Of a DNA stretch of 64,000 nt, positions 43,124 through 57,855 are shown piece after piece. The DNA comes from Chrysomallon squamiferum. Taxonomy: Eukaryota > Animalia > Mollusca. How positions within the stretch are numbered: the stretch's first letter is position 1; each line of letters opens with the position of its first letter. The translations under genes were made by a program, and so were the position numbers. The stretch is from assembly GCA_012295275.1 (NCBI GenBank), contig CM022666.1, forward strand, positions 6,696,001 to 6,760,000, read 5' to 3'. Below the pieces are notes generated by a model. The model was not told where the DNA came from and did not search any database. It saw only the letters and a list, made by a program, of their open reading frames with translations.

Positions 43124-43690
43124 GTAATAACAAAGATATATGATAACCTTTAAAGGATTTTGTTATTTTTCTTAAATCAAATATAATCTATTTAATATAA
43201 ATTAATTCACCAAGATATTGCTTATGAAATTTTTTGTTTAGTAAATATAAAAACATTCAAGAAAGAAACAACAACATTAGTTGAACAAAATATATAAAAT
43301 AATATATATATATATATTTTTAAAAACTAAAATATTATCAAAATAAAAATTAAAATAAATTTGATATTTTTTAAATATATATATATATATATATAAATTT
43401 ATTTATTTTTATATATATATATATATACTGCCAGCAAAGAATCCCCACAAAAATTAATAATCTTTGCATAAATGTAAAGCCTTTCTTTTTATTATTATTA
43501 CTGCAACTCCTACTACTACAACATAATCTGTATCTCAGGCAACATTATCATCATTAATGGTTTTGCAATGATCAGCTGTTATATCCAATAATAAGGATAA
43601 ATTATTCAATTTAGATGTCTGGACAACCTATTACACAAAGTCCCAACAGACTGAGTGCGGAAGATGGGGGAGGTAAATTTGTTAACGTAC

Positions 43691-43827
43691 AGCAATAAGT
43701 CTGTCCCCTGTTTCCAGTCGGCCATCTTGTTCAGCAGCGCCACCTGGGATTATTTTTGTGACAAATATCCCATCATCCCCAGTTCTGTGTTCATTATCAG
43801 TGCCACCTGCAATGCTGAACCCAAGAC
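43691..43827 (-). CDS. dlg1: Discs large exon: PDZ2 first part, [46 protein letters not shown]
   Basis: GLGF carboxylate-binding loop. ttttttccacag acceptor, GCT|gtacgt donor. 137 nt, phase 1 to 0. Confidence 0.96.
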
Positions 43828-43940
43828 CTGTGGAAAAAAAGCCAAAGAAATTAGTTAAAAAAGACTGTCCAAGGTTTTTGGTTTTTATATATATTTTAAA
43901 ATTATATATAATGGAAAAAAACAAATATATATATATATAT

Positions 43941-44005
<65 letters not shown>

Positions 44006-44070
44006 GAGACAGACTTATAGTAATATAACTTAAACTGAAAAATTCCAATATATATGAATGTGTGTGTGTC

Positions 44071-44138
<68 letters not shown>

Positions 44139-44569
44139 AAATTAATTAACTAATTAAAATGATAAAAATAAAAAAAAAAAAGAAATAAAAAGGAAAAATT
44201 AAAAATTATGAACAATCTCAATGAAATAAAAAAAAATAATAAAAAAATAACAAATTACAAAAAGTAGTAAGTCTGAAGAAAATCAAAATCTTCAACAATT
44301 TCAATAAAATAAATAGAAAAATAATATAAAAATAAAAATTAATGAATAGAAGAAATCCAAAGAAACAAAAAATTAACAATCAGATGAATAGGTAACAAAC
44401 TCATATTAATAAAAGAAAAGAAATAGTTAATTTCAAAACAATAAAAAGTCTTTATTTAAAATGAATAAATAAATATAAAATAAAAGTAAAATACCCACAA
44501 GAAACAAAACAAAAATTTAAATTAAAAAAAAAAAAAAAATAAATAAAACAAAATAAATAATGACAACAA

Positions 44570-45080
44570 CTCCAAAAAAAAAAAAAAAAAAAAAAAACAA
44601 TAAAAATAAATAAATAATTAAATAAATAAATTTTTAAAATTTATAAAATACAGACTATCAGTCATAATCTTAAGAAATTGAAGATTTAAAAAAATAAAAT
44701 AAAAAATAACAACACCTCCAAAAAAAAAAAAAAAAAAAAAAAAAATAAATAAATAAATAAATAAACTGAAAAAATTTATAAAATACAGACTATCAGTCAT
44801 AATCATAAGAAACTGAAGATTTAAAAAAATAAAATAAAAATAATAACACCTCAAAAAAAAAAAAAAAAAAAAAATAAATATATAAATAAATTGAAAGAAT
44901 TTATAAAATACAGACTATCAATCATAATCATAAGAAGCTGAAGATTTAAGAAAAAAAAAAACAAATAACATATATAAAAATAAATAAATAAATAATAAAT
45001 AAACTGAAAGAATTTATAAAATACTGACTATCAATCATAATCATAAGAAACTGATGATTTAAAAAAAAAAAAAAAAAAAA
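44570..45080. repeat. ~115-140-bp tandem repeat with poly-A spacers, 4 copies
   Basis: atttataaaatacagactatcagtcataatc...ctgaagattt core repeated. Confidence 0.8.
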
Positions 45081-45940
45081 GTTGACAGAATACTCTTATG
45101 GGAATTGAACTGCTGTCATCAGCTTGTTAAAGCCGTAGGGAGTACTTAAAATTCATTGCACTGAATAACGTATTTGATATGAGAAGGTTGGCTGTGAATT
45201 TTGTGACCAGGAGGAACTGTCAGTCTAATGACATGAAATGATCAATATCATGTGAAACAATGGCAAACTGTTAGACAAAGCTTCAAAATATTCAGACAGA
45301 TTTGTCATATTTTATACAGTTTATTGTTAAAAAAAAAAAAGGTGTTTTTTTTCTTAATTTTAAAAAATACAGTTAAATGCTAAGAGAAATTTTATTTTTT
45401 CATTTTTTACTGTCTAAAGTTTTCGTTTTTAATTTTTTTTAAAAACAATTAAATGTTAAAACTGAGTTCATAATTAATGTTTAAGACAGCCTTTTATGAT
45501 TAAAATTTTACTGTTTAAATTTTTTAATTTCTTTTTATAAACACAATTAAATACTGAGATAGACTTGTTAAATTTTACTGCTTAAATGTTTTTATTGTAT
45601 TTTAATAGACACAATTAAATATTACAGTGCACTTTTATAATTACATTTTATATTTTATAATTTTTTTTTTTTAATAAATAAAATTACAAATGAAAACAGT
45701 TTTATTATTTTTTTTACTGTTTAAATTTGTTATTTATATTTATAAGTAGAATTAAATATTAAGACACACTTTCATAATTAGTTTACTGCTTAAAATGTTT
45801 TAAATATTCTTATAAAATAAATAAATAAATATTAAGGTAAATATAATTAAACATTTCTTCCAGAAACACTTTTCTATAACAGGGCCAATATACAAAAATA
45901 AAAAAATAATTCTTCTTATTAACAATTCTGTTATACTAAC

Positions 45941-46001
45941 CTTTGTCTCCTTTCACCAAATCCAACTCTAATCTGTTTTCACATTTCAGTCTTTTAACAT
46001 G
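45941..46001 (-). CDS. dlg1: Discs large exon: PDZ1-PDZ2 linker and PDZ2 betaA, HVKRLKCENRLELDLVKGDK(G)
   Basis: Poly-T tract plus gcag acceptor, AAG|gttagt donor. 61 nt, phase 0 to 1, which fits both neighbours. Resembles Dlg1 YVKRRK...EIKLIKGPKG. Not in the ORF track. Confidence 0.92.
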
Positions 46002-46473
46002 CTGCAAAAAAAAAAAAAAAATAAATAAAAAATTTGAAAAGTTTATTACAAAGTTCATTCTGATTTCAAAAAATTATCAATAAAATAATAATAATAAAAA
46101 TAATACAATACTATAGAATAATATACAATACAATATAAAATAAAATGAAACAAAAATACTCAATCACCAATAAAATTAACAAATTTATTTTTAAATAATA
46201 ATAAGAAGAAGAAGAAAAATAAATAAATAAATAAACAAATAATTAAGAATAACTTTATATTCTTAAAAGAAAACATACGACTTTTGTAATTATTGAGAAT
46301 TATTTATAATAATATATCTAAAAATAAATTAATTATCGCACAATTTAAGAAAAAATTAATAATAATAAAAAAAATAAATAAATAAATCTATAGATAAAAA
46401 AGCAGCCATAATAAATAAATAACAAAACAAAAGATAAAATAAAATAAAATAAAAATAAACCAACCACACACAA

Positions 46474-46506
<33 letters not shown>

Positions 46507-46561
46507 CACTAAATAAACAAACAAGTAAACAGCTATTTAAAACAAAGAAAGCAATACACAC

Positions 46562-46664
46562 CAGTATGACTTTCTGCTTTGCCTGTTTCAAAGCTTCAAC
46601 AGCAGTGGCATGGGTGCAGTTGGAGACGTCAACATCGTTCACTTTGACTATTATATCATCAACC
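46562..46664 (-). CDS. dlg1: Discs large exon: second half of PDZ1, (R)VDDIIVKVNDVDVSNCTHATAVEALKQAKQKVIL
   Basis: ttttcag acceptor and CTG|gtgtgt donor. 103 nt, phase 2 to 0. Matches Dlg PDZ1 (VND.I..VN.VDV..VTH..AVEALK.A). Confidence 0.93.
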
Positions 46665-46689
46665 CTGAAAACAACAACAACAACATTCT

Positions 46690-47420
46690 CGTTTTAATAT
46701 TTTCAATATTAATACTGCTAATTTTTAATATTGTATCAATGATTTTAACATATTCAGTATCAATATTGCTAAATTTTAATATATCAATAATTTTAACATA
46801 TTCAGTATCAATACTGTTAAATTTTAATATTATGTTAATACTTTTAATATATTCAGTATGAATACTACTAAATATTAATATTATTTTAATGTGTTTAACA
46901 TATTCAATATCAATACTGCTAGTTTTTAATATTTTGTTAATAATCTTAACATATTCAGTATCAATACTGCTGAATTTGAATATTATATCAATAATTTCAA
47001 CATATTCATTATCAACACCGTCAATTTAATTATATCAATTATTTTAACATATTCAATATCAACAGATATTTTTTAATATTATATCAATAATTTAATATTT
47101 TCAATATCAATACTGCTAAATTTTAATATTACATCAATAATATATTCAATATTAACACTGTTCATTTTATTATTATATCAACAATTTAGTAGTCAATATC
47201 AAAACTGCTAATTTTTAAAAGTATATCAATTATTTAGTATTTTCTCTATCAACACTGCTCAATTTTAGTATTATATCAATAATTTTTAAATATTCAGTAT
47301 CAACACTTAATTTTAGTATCAGTAATTTTAACATATTCATTTTCAACACTGCTAATTTTTAATATTATATCAATAATTTTAAGATATTCAATATCACACT
47401 GCTAATTATGTCAGTAACAC
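46690..47420. repeat. Degenerate ~50-bp AT-rich minisatellite
   Basis: tattcagtatcaatactgctaaattttaat recurs many times next to the PDZ1 exon acceptor. Confidence 0.75.
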
Positions 47421-47602
47421 TGACAAAAAAAAAAAACCAAGTGTCAACATTAAAAAAGAAAAATACTAAAATTAAGTAATAAAACAAATTAATAATAATA
47501 ATAATAATAATTATTATTATTATATATAAAAACCCCAAAATAAATAAATAACACAAAAACAACAATTACTGTTATTATTATTATTATTATTATTTTTATT
47601 AC

Positions 47603-47641
<39 letters not shown>

Positions 47642-47792
47642 CAGAAACATCTGTATTCAGTAAACAAAAAAAAAAAAAAAAAAGAAAACACTGATATTGA
47701 TTATCTCCCATTTCTAACAGCCAATATTTTTTGCAAAGAAAAATTGCAAAGAAAAGGAACCATCTCTTCTCTGTCTGACATTTATCCGGAAT

Positions 47793-47841
<49 letters not shown>

Positions 47842-48653
47842 AAAAAAAAACACTCCCTAAAAACCAGTAAGAATACTTGAGTTGAATCTATTTTTAAATA
47901 CAAATGTAAAAGTTTTATGAGAGGGGAAAATTACCAGGTCAAGATTACACACATCAGATGAAGTGTGGCTGGGATTGAAGGTTAGTTAAATTTAAAAGTT
48001 TCTTTTTGTTTTTCAAAATATATTTAACAAACTGTCATTTTTTGGAGGGGGTGGAGGGTAATAGTACTTTATTAAATTTATTTTATTTAAAACAAAAAAA
48101 AAAAAAAGAAAAGAAAGAAAATTATAACTACATTTGTAAGTAGATTTTTTCATAAGATTTAAAAAAAAAATGTTTTAACAATAGCAATTATAAATAAATA
48201 AACAAACAAACAAACAAACGAACAAATAAATAAACAATCAAGAAACAAACAAACAAAATAAATAAACAATCAAGCAAATGACAAACAAACAAAATAAAAT
48301 ATACACAAATAAAAATAAAAATATATTTTCTTTCATATATATATATATATATATACATCCGTGATCAATATATCTACCAAACTAATTTAATAAAAAAAAA
48401 AAAATTTCATTTCCAGACATACAGACTTCAGATTGTTATAATAATCCTAACAAAAAGGTCTAGCAATCTTGTATCATGCTACTTTAAAAATGCTGCTTCA
48501 TTAGAGACATCTGTGGTGTTGTATCAAAAAACATCTATTACTGAAGATGACTCATTGTGAAAGAATTAAACCCAGGGTCCAATTTCAATTTTAAAACCAA
48601 TTTTTCTTTTAATCAGTGACAAAATTTTATTATTGTTGTTGTTGTTGTTGCTG

Positions 48654-48690
<37 letters not shown>

Positions 48691-48764
48691 TGTTGTTGTT
48701 AGTGGTTTTATTGTTGTTGATATTGTTGTTATTTTGATTCAGGTTCACCAAATGTAATTTTTGT

Positions 48765-50290
48765 TTTCAATGTGTTCTAATGATGTCATTAAGCAAATGT
48801 TTGACACACAATAACTGGTGATAGAAAATTAGTCAATGTGTTCTAATGATGTCATTAAGCAAATGTTTGACACACAGTAACTGGTGATAGAAAATTAATC
48901 AATGTGTTCTAGTGATTCATCAAACAAATGTTTGACATACAATAACTGATCATAGAAAATTAGTCAATGTGTTCTAGTGATTCATCAAACAAATGTTTGA
49001 CATACAATAACTGATGATAGAAAATTAATCATTGTGTTCTAGTGATTCATCAAACAAATATTTGACATACAGTAACTGATCATAGAAAATTAATCAATCT
49101 GTTCTAATGGTGATATTAAACAAATGTTTGACATACAATAACTGATGATAGAAAATTAGTCAATGTGTTCTAGTGATTCATCAAACAAATGTTTGACATA
49201 CAATAACTGATGATAGAAAATTAATCATTGTGTTCTAGTGATTCATCAAACAAATATTCAAGATGAAACAAATGATTGACATACAATAACTGATGATAGA
49301 AAATTAATCATTGTGTTCTAGTGATTCATCAAACAAATATTTGACATACAGTAACTGATCATAGAAAATTAATCAATCTGTTCTAATGGTGATATTAAAC
49401 AAATGTTTGACATACAATAACTGAAGATAGAAAATTAATCAATATGATGATTCATCAAACAAATGTTTGACATACAATAACTGAAGACAGAAAATTAATC
49501 AATCTGTTCTAGTGATTCATCAAACAAATGTTTGACATACAATAACTGAAGACAGAAAATTAATGAATGTGTTCTTGTGATGGCATTAAACAAATATTTG
49601 ACATAAAATAACTGAAGATAGAAAATTAATCAAGGTGTTCTAGTGATGGCATTAAATAAATGTTTGACATAAAATAACTGAAGATAGAAAATTAATCAAT
49701 CTGTATGACATCAAGCAAATGTCTGACATACAATAACTGAAGATAGAAAATTAATCAATCTGTTCTAGGGATGTCATTAAGCAAATGTTTGACATACAAT
49801 AACTGAAGATAGAAAATTAATCAATCTGTTCTAGTAATGTCATCAAGCAAATGTTTGACATACAAACTGATGACAGAAAATGATAGAAAATTAATTCATC
49901 TGTTTTGACATACATGTCATTAAGAAAAAATGTAAATGTTTGATTCATAAACAAATGTTTGAAGAACTGAAGATATTAATCAATCTGTTCTAGTGATTCA
50001 TCAAACAAATGTTTGACATACAATAACTGAAGATAGAAAATTAATCAATCTGTTCTAGTAATGTCATCAAGCAAATGTCTGACATACAATGACTGAAGAT
50101 AGAAAATTAATCAATCTGTTCTAGGGATGTCATTAAGCAAATGTTTGACATACAATAACTGAAGATAGAAAATTAATAAATGTGTTCTAGTGATGGCATT
50201 AAACAAATGTTTGACATACAATAACTGGTGATAGAAAATTAATCAATGTGTTCTAGGATGTCATTAAACAAATATTTGACATACAGTAAC
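48765..50290. repeat. 65-66-bp minisatellite, more than 20 copies
   Basis: aatgtgttctagtgattcatcaaacaaatgtttgacatacaataactgatgatagaaaattaatc. Anchors at 48768, 48834, 48900 and 48965. Confidence 0.92.
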
Positions 50291-51181
50291 TCACAAGTGA
50301 AAAATAACAAATGTGCTTTTGAAAAAACTCATTAGGTTTTCGAATAAAGTCTCTTTGTTTTCAAATTAACAAACTAATTCACTTTTTAATTACCTGTATA
50401 TTTTCACCTCGTAAAGAATTGGGTGCCACATTTTGATTTGCAAACAAAAGTTCCACGTCACCAAGTCTTAGTATAAACAATAATTTGTCCCAAGTGTTTC
50501 TGAACCAATATTTAATAGAGCAAAATGAAAACCAATTTCAGTTGAGGAAAATCCAAATAAGGATCCAATTTAAAAAAAGAAAAATTCCAGCAGACAAAAC
50601 CAGTTAGCTGAGTAGAGAAAACCAATTTAAGTTCCAAATGAGAAATACTACTTTTAAACTCCGGTAGAAAAGAATTAATTAAAGTTCTAATAGAGAAAAC
50701 CAGTTTCAGTACCAGCTGAGAAAACTGCTCTTAAATTCCTGTAGATAACATAAGCTCCAGAAGAAAAAAAAGATTAAAAAAAACAACAAAACAATTTATA
50801 TTTCAAGAGAAACAATCCCCAAACTTTTAAACTCCAGTTGAAAATTCACCAATTAACATTCTAAATTAAATTCCCTGCAACAGAAATGTTGATTACATTC
50901 CAGTGCAGAAAGCAGTTTGCAAGTCACCAGTCTAGAAACCAGTTTCAGTTTGAATAGAGAAAAGCTATTTGAATTCCCACAGAGAAAACTATTGACACTG
51001 TTCTAGAGTAAAGCTTTTCACAGTTGAGATTGCAGCCTTTCGCTGGACTTTCAGCTAATTGCGAGATCAACCTTTCCAGTTGAGTCCAACTAACTCTTGT
51101 TGCGCGCCATAAAAATTAAATCAATCAAGCGGCTAAAACTCTTGTTTTCACAACTTTTCTCCGCAGTACTGCGATGTGAAA

Positions 51182-51195
51182 GCGCCCCCTGGAGG
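51182..51195 (-). promoter_or_regulatory. CTCF consensus motif in a CpG-rich island
   Basis: Minus strand reads CCTCCAGGGGGCGC, inside the CpG-enriched stretch 51040-51500. Confidence 0.5.
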
Positions 51196-54100
51196 CATCT
51201 GGCAAAAACTCATCAAGAAGAAGACAAAAAAATATATAATATAAAAACCTGGACAGCAATCACATTTCTGTTTTCTTTTATTTTTTTTTTTTTTTTTTTT
51301 TACTGTTTCTTTATTTAATAAAAAAAATGAAAAATCTTGACTGTAACAGTTATCGCTATACAGCCTGTTCCGACTAAATGCAACTGAGATGGTTGCGGAG
51401 AAAAATGTTTTAAACATGGACGATTATTTTTCATTTCAAGATCAATAACAATTAACACCAATGCAAATATACGACAGAGGTTACATCGGCGCAGGGCGGT
51501 AGATTTCTATAGCTGATTTGCCTGCTGTTGTAGTTGTTGCTGCTGCTTCATGTGGAAATTACAAAAACAATCTGCAGATATTGTGTGGTGTACAATGTGA
51601 GAGTGATTATGTTGAGAGTAATCAGCCAATTGCAGAGATCTCTGGAACTCATTCTTTCTTTCTGTAGCCAACAGAATTATCTCCTGTATGCAGAACCTCT
51701 GGGTTGGGGAAATAGCCAATTGTTTAGTAAAAACATGGAGCATAAAAGGAGAGAAAGAAAAAAAATAAATAAATAAATAAAAAACAGTAACTTTAATTTC
51801 CTTTTCTTTTAAAAAAGAAATCATAAAAAAAATTGTTCATGACTATCTTTTTTTTAATTTTTTTTTATATAAACTATTATTATTAATAGTATTTATTTAT
51901 TTATTAAATGTGTGTTTTTATGTATGTATGTATGTATGTTTCATTCATTTACTTAGTACTCATCACTTACAAAATTTTAATCTTTTTTTTATAGGTTAAT
52001 ATTCTAAATTTCTTCATTTAAATATTTAACATTTTTAAATTCTCTTTGTGTATGTATTTCCAAACAGAAGAAGAAAAAAAACAACAAATTTTTTCAATTT
52101 AAATTCTTATTTTCTAAAACGATTTCTGCCACCATTTCTAAAACATGTGTTTGTCATTTTCCATCTTTAAAATTTATTTCCTTCTAAAATTGTTTTTTTA
52201 CAAATTTTTTTATTTTTAAATGTTTCACACAAATTTCATTTTTTAAAATTCCTTTTTCAATTCTAATTCATTTCCTATTTTACATTCTTTGACATTATTC
52301 TTTCTTCATATATTACATTGTTTGACATTATAAATTTTTTCCTGTTTCTTTCTTATATTTAAAATCCTTTTGTTTATTATTTTTTTTTTTTTTTTCATCT
52401 GTGTGTTTTCTAATTTGTGTAATTTTGTCAGTTTTATGAATACAATAATTCTTTAATCAGTTTTGAAAAACAATACATTAAAATTAAAAAAGACCAAGAA
52501 TCTCTTATTAGTACTAGTAGTAGTATTTTAGTAGTAGTCATAGTAGTAGTTGCAGTAGTTAAAACAGTACTACCGTTATTATTACTGCTATTGCTGCTTC
52601 TAATACTATTAGAATTACTACAACCGCTATTAGTACTTAATTTACTTCTACTACTACTTCTATTATTACTGCTGCTACTACTACTACAACTTCAACTACT
52701 GCTGCTGTTGCTGTTGCTACTACTGCTGCTACTACTTTCTTCTTTGTTAGAAACAGACGCAAATCTGTGACATTTATATAAAGATGTAACATTTATGAAA
52801 TGAAGACAAACTGTAAAGTAATTTAATTTAAAACTGAACAGTAATTGTTTCTGTTTCATACTTAACGCAAATAAAAAGCTTGTAAACTGATTGATCTTGA
52901 AAATGAATCTCAACTACGACAGTTAAAAGTTTTTTCTTCTTTCTTTGAGTTTCTTAATTTTTAATTTTTAAATTTTAAAATTTTTTTCTTCCCAAGCCAG
53001 CAATCATTCACTCATTTAAAAAGAAAGAAAAAAAAAAAAAGAAAGAAAGAAAAATAAAATTAAAGAAAGAAAGAAAGAACAAAAGAATTGGTATTAATTT
53101 ATTTTATTATATTTTATTCCACACAGTTTTTTAACTTTACTTTTTTGACAGGTAATTATTTAATGTTGAAACTGAAGAAAAACGATTATTTATTAATTTA
53201 TTTTGTTTAATTGTTTGTTTGTATATTGTTTATGTTATTTTATTTTATTTTATTTTATGCACGACTCAGTACTTCTAAAACAAATAATTTTATTAACTAA
53301 TGTCACAATAATTTTTGTTACTGTTACAATGTTAGAGTCATTGTTTTAATATTATATTTTCATTATATTATCATCTTTACTGTATTTGTTTTTATTTTAT
53401 TATTATTATTATTATTGTTGTTGTTGTTGTTGTTGTTGTTACTGTCCTTCTTCTTTTGGTTATAATTATATTATTATCATTATTTATATTATTATTAATA
53501 TTAGTATTACTTATTTTATTATTATTATTAGTAGTAGTAGTAGTGGTAGTATTATATTATTATTTTTCATAATATTATTGTTATTGTTATTAACTATTTA
53601 TTATAATTATATATATAATTATTATTTGTATTATTTTATCATCATCATCATCATCATGACTATTATTATCTTAATCACTATTTCTTTTATCTCTATTTAA
53701 TTATAACTGTTACACTCAAATGACCACAGACTACTTACAAAAAAATAAAGACGAGAATTCTTCAAAGGACATAAAATTAGCGATTATCGAATTTTGCGGT
53801 CATTCCAGTGTTTTTCCCATGTAACACACAAAACCACAAAGAACAAGACCTTGCAATAAAAACAACTCTCCTAATCACATCAATAAAAAATTAGGATCAG
53901 ATCTCTTTATTGTTTTGGACTCTGAACAAAGGAAACTGCATATAAAAAAAAAATTACATAAAAACTAAACAGTATGAATACTGGAAGGAATAAATGACTG
54001 AATACAATTTTTTTTTACTTCCAAGCTATTATTTTAATTTTTGGGGATCATATGTAAAGACTAATAATAGTAATAATAATAATGTTTTTAAACATCTGAA

Positions 54101-55449
54101 AGCTGCCATTTTAAGCTTTTGCAGCTGTTTTTGAGATGTCACTGAAGCTGTTGGTGATGGAAAGCTGTATTTCCCCCTCATAACACTAGAATAAACTTAA
54201 CAGCAGTATATTAATCAGTTCTGTATGCAGTGATGTTGAAAAATAACAGTAATGAATTTTTTTTTTAAATAATACATTTTTATTGTTATGTTTACTTATA
54301 TGTTATGACATCAAAAGCATAAAAAGAGGAGAGTCCAGACATTTTAAAACTAACCTGTTATTTTTATTTATTTATTTTTCTATACTTTATAATTATTTAA
54401 GATTTTACAGGCAAACCATAACCCCACACCAATGAATATATACATTATTTTACTAGCTTAATTATTCCCAAAGCTTGCTGGTTATAACTGGGGAGATAAG
54501 TCCATTACTGTTACTAGTAGAAAACATGATTACAGATGACTCAGCTGTGATCTGTGTATTTACAAGGTGTGTGACAAATGGGATGTGTAAAAAGAAGGAG
54601 AATACTGTGTGCTTGAACGATTTCTTTGGAAGTAAAAATATTAACATTATATTAATAGGTATCATACTGTAAGACAGGAACATCTGAAATAATTATATAC
54701 TTAAACTGATTTGTTTTGTTACCACACATTTTAAATAAACAAACAAAAACAACAACAATATATAAATAAATAAATAAATAAAAATTGAAATAAAATGATG
54801 ATGATGTCAAACAATGATGATGATAACTACAACAACAACAATTTTACTAAATAAAAATATAAAATGTAAGAAGTAATATTGGATTTTGGGTTTTTAAAAA
54901 AAAAATAATACTAAATTTTGTTTTTTTTAAATTAGTAACAATACTAATAAACAAAAAATACAAAAACAAAATTCAAATAAATAAAAAACAAATCACAACA
55001 AAAAAACCCCAAAAACAATTAATATACAAATCAAACAAACATCATACTCCATCTTAAAATCTCAAAAACATAAATGAACTTTTATGTTATCGTCTCTTTA
55101 CCAGCTATTCCAGAACAATAATTCTAATCTACATTTCACATTGTTAACCCAATTCATACTGCAGATCTTGTCTAATTATAAAAACTCAGAGAACAAATAG
55201 TCTCCCTTTCCAGTTAAACATACAAAATTAGAACTGTGTATGAGTGGACGTTATTTCATATACGTTCTCCTGGGACAGGCTTTTATCTATCATTAAACAC
55301 ACTAGACCCAGTTTTCTCAACTCTGCACTTTATATTCATAAAACATGTTAAAGAGGTTATAACTAGAAGTATTGACAGTTCTTGAGAGTTCAGAATAAAG
55401 CTAGCTAAACACTGGTATCAAGTTCTGACACTTAAAAAATTAATAAATA

Positions 55450-55668
55450 TATTATTTAACAAAGACACTCAACTTATTTTTTAATGATTCTCTCAAAACA
55501 TTTCTAAATCTGTGGCTACACAACGTGTAACATATGATTAAGAATCACACAAATAAAGACTTACAAAAACATGGCCTCCATTGAATAGGCTATTCTTTTT
55601 ATATTAGCAGTAAGTTATCTTCTGCACGTGCCCTCCCAAAGACAGGAAAATATGTATGACAGCCTCGG
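55450..55668 (-). mobile_element. Decayed reverse-orientation copy of the same SINE family
   Basis: ttatttaacaaagacactcaac...attagcagtaagttatctt...cccaaagacagga is a reverse-complement match to the 33625-33792 element. Confidence 0.45.
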
Positions 55669-55907
55669 TAAATTAACTGGGAAATAAGCTAGAACGAGCA
55701 CTAAGGAATAATCGATCTTGTGTTGTCTGAACAGTGACATACTCTCTGTAGCATTAAATAGTTTTTATATTGTCTGATACATCCCCATTTTCTGTTTAAA
55801 TATTTTCATTAAGTATGTTTCTTACAAAAATTAATAAATAAATTAATAAAATAAAATAAATAAATAAACTAATCAAACAACCAAAATAAAAAAAAATTAA
55901 AATTAAA

Positions 55908-55948
<41 letters not shown>

Positions 55949-57229
55949 TGATATACAAATAAATTAATTAAATAAATAAAAACAATCAATTTACAAACAG
56001 ATAAAAAATTCAAATCCACCGAGGGTTATTATTCTCTGTAGCAGGCCCACAAAATGACACCATCTTTAATCAGACAGAATTATTCAGAATAGATTTTTTT
56101 TCTTTTCCTTTATTTCACCATGGTTAAAAAAAAACAAAAACAACATCAACAACTGCTGATTGAAGAGTCAGTTCTTTGCTACAGAAAAACTAACTGGTCA
56201 TTTAGTTCAGGGAGAGAAAATACTTAAGTATAATGAAATTATAACTAATGGTACTGCCTATGTTATTATTCCTGGAAAAAAATAGAGGGGTTGGTGTCTT
56301 TAACTGAAGATAATGGATCTATTCCTGAGAGATTTAAATGCACCACATCCACTTTCATATGCATATGAGTTGTATTATATATTTGCAAAATGAAAATAAA
56401 ATAGTTATAATATAGAAGAAAAAAAAAGGAAAGAATAACATTTTAATATTAAAAGTTAAAAAGGAAAAAAAAAAAAAAAAAATGTTACATTAAAACTTGA
56501 AAAAAAGGGAAATAAATATATTCACATTATAAAAATATGAAAAAAGTGGAATGTAAAATATTCATGACATAAAAATGTGAAAAAAGGAAAATAAAATATT
56601 TTTAATACAAAAATGTGTAAAAAAAAAAAAAAAAACCATAAATTATCCATAACAAAAATGTGTTGAAAGAAAACATTCATAACACAGAAATAAAAATGAG
56701 AAAATAAATACGAAAATAATATAATCTTGTACAAACAGAACTAAAAGTTAGGATGAACATGTACAGTTTTTAAAAGGGATCATTCATTTTATTCTGCTGT
56801 ACAGTAACATTACCTTTGAATAATGGTTTCACTCCCAGAAGGATTAATGACGTTATAACCACAAATGTGCATTTATTTGTTTAAGGAAAACTGAAAGCTA
56901 GAAATAAGAGATGCACTTTCCAAATGTGTTGTTTTAATCCATTATGCTATCTTTTTAATTAGATTTAATGGTTTTAACTTCCTGCTAAATAAAAGATGCC
57001 ATATCCAGCCTTATGTAATGTAATTTCAAATGCGAAAGGAAAATAAAAATGTTTGTGCATAAAACTAAAAGCTATGAATAAAAAAATGTAGCCATTTTTT
57101 TTCTTAAAATTCATTTCAATTTATTATTGTATCCGTAATTACAAATACTGCAATCATCTCAAAGTATAATTAAAGCCATTCCATCCATTTCTATGCATAT
57201 GTGCACTCACTATGCATATACACATATTT

Positions 57230-57330
57230 GACACACACACACACACACACTATATACACATATTTATCAAAAGGAAACAATTTTCTGGTCTTGTTAAATG
57301 GTAGGAATGAGAAAAGACAATGTTTCTAAA

Positions 57331-57384
<54 letters not shown>

Positions 57385-57449
57385 CATATCAAAAGGAAAC
57401 AATGTTCTGGTCTTGTTAAATGCTAGGAATGAGAAAAGACAATGTTTCT

Positions 57450-57500
<51 letters not shown>

Positions 57501-57568
57501 GAAACAATTTTCTAGTCATGCTAAAAGCTAGGAATGAGAAAAGACAATGTTTCTAAAACACACACACA

Positions 57569-57607
<39 letters not shown>

Positions 57608-57663
57608 GAAACAATTTTCTAGTCATGCTAAAAGCTAGGAATGAGAAAAGACAATGTTTCTAA

Positions 57664-57744
<81 letters not shown>

Positions 57745-57800
57745 GAAACAATTTTCTAGTCATGTTAAAAGCTAGGAATGAGAAAAGACAATGTTTCTAA

Positions 57801-57855
<55 letters not shown>

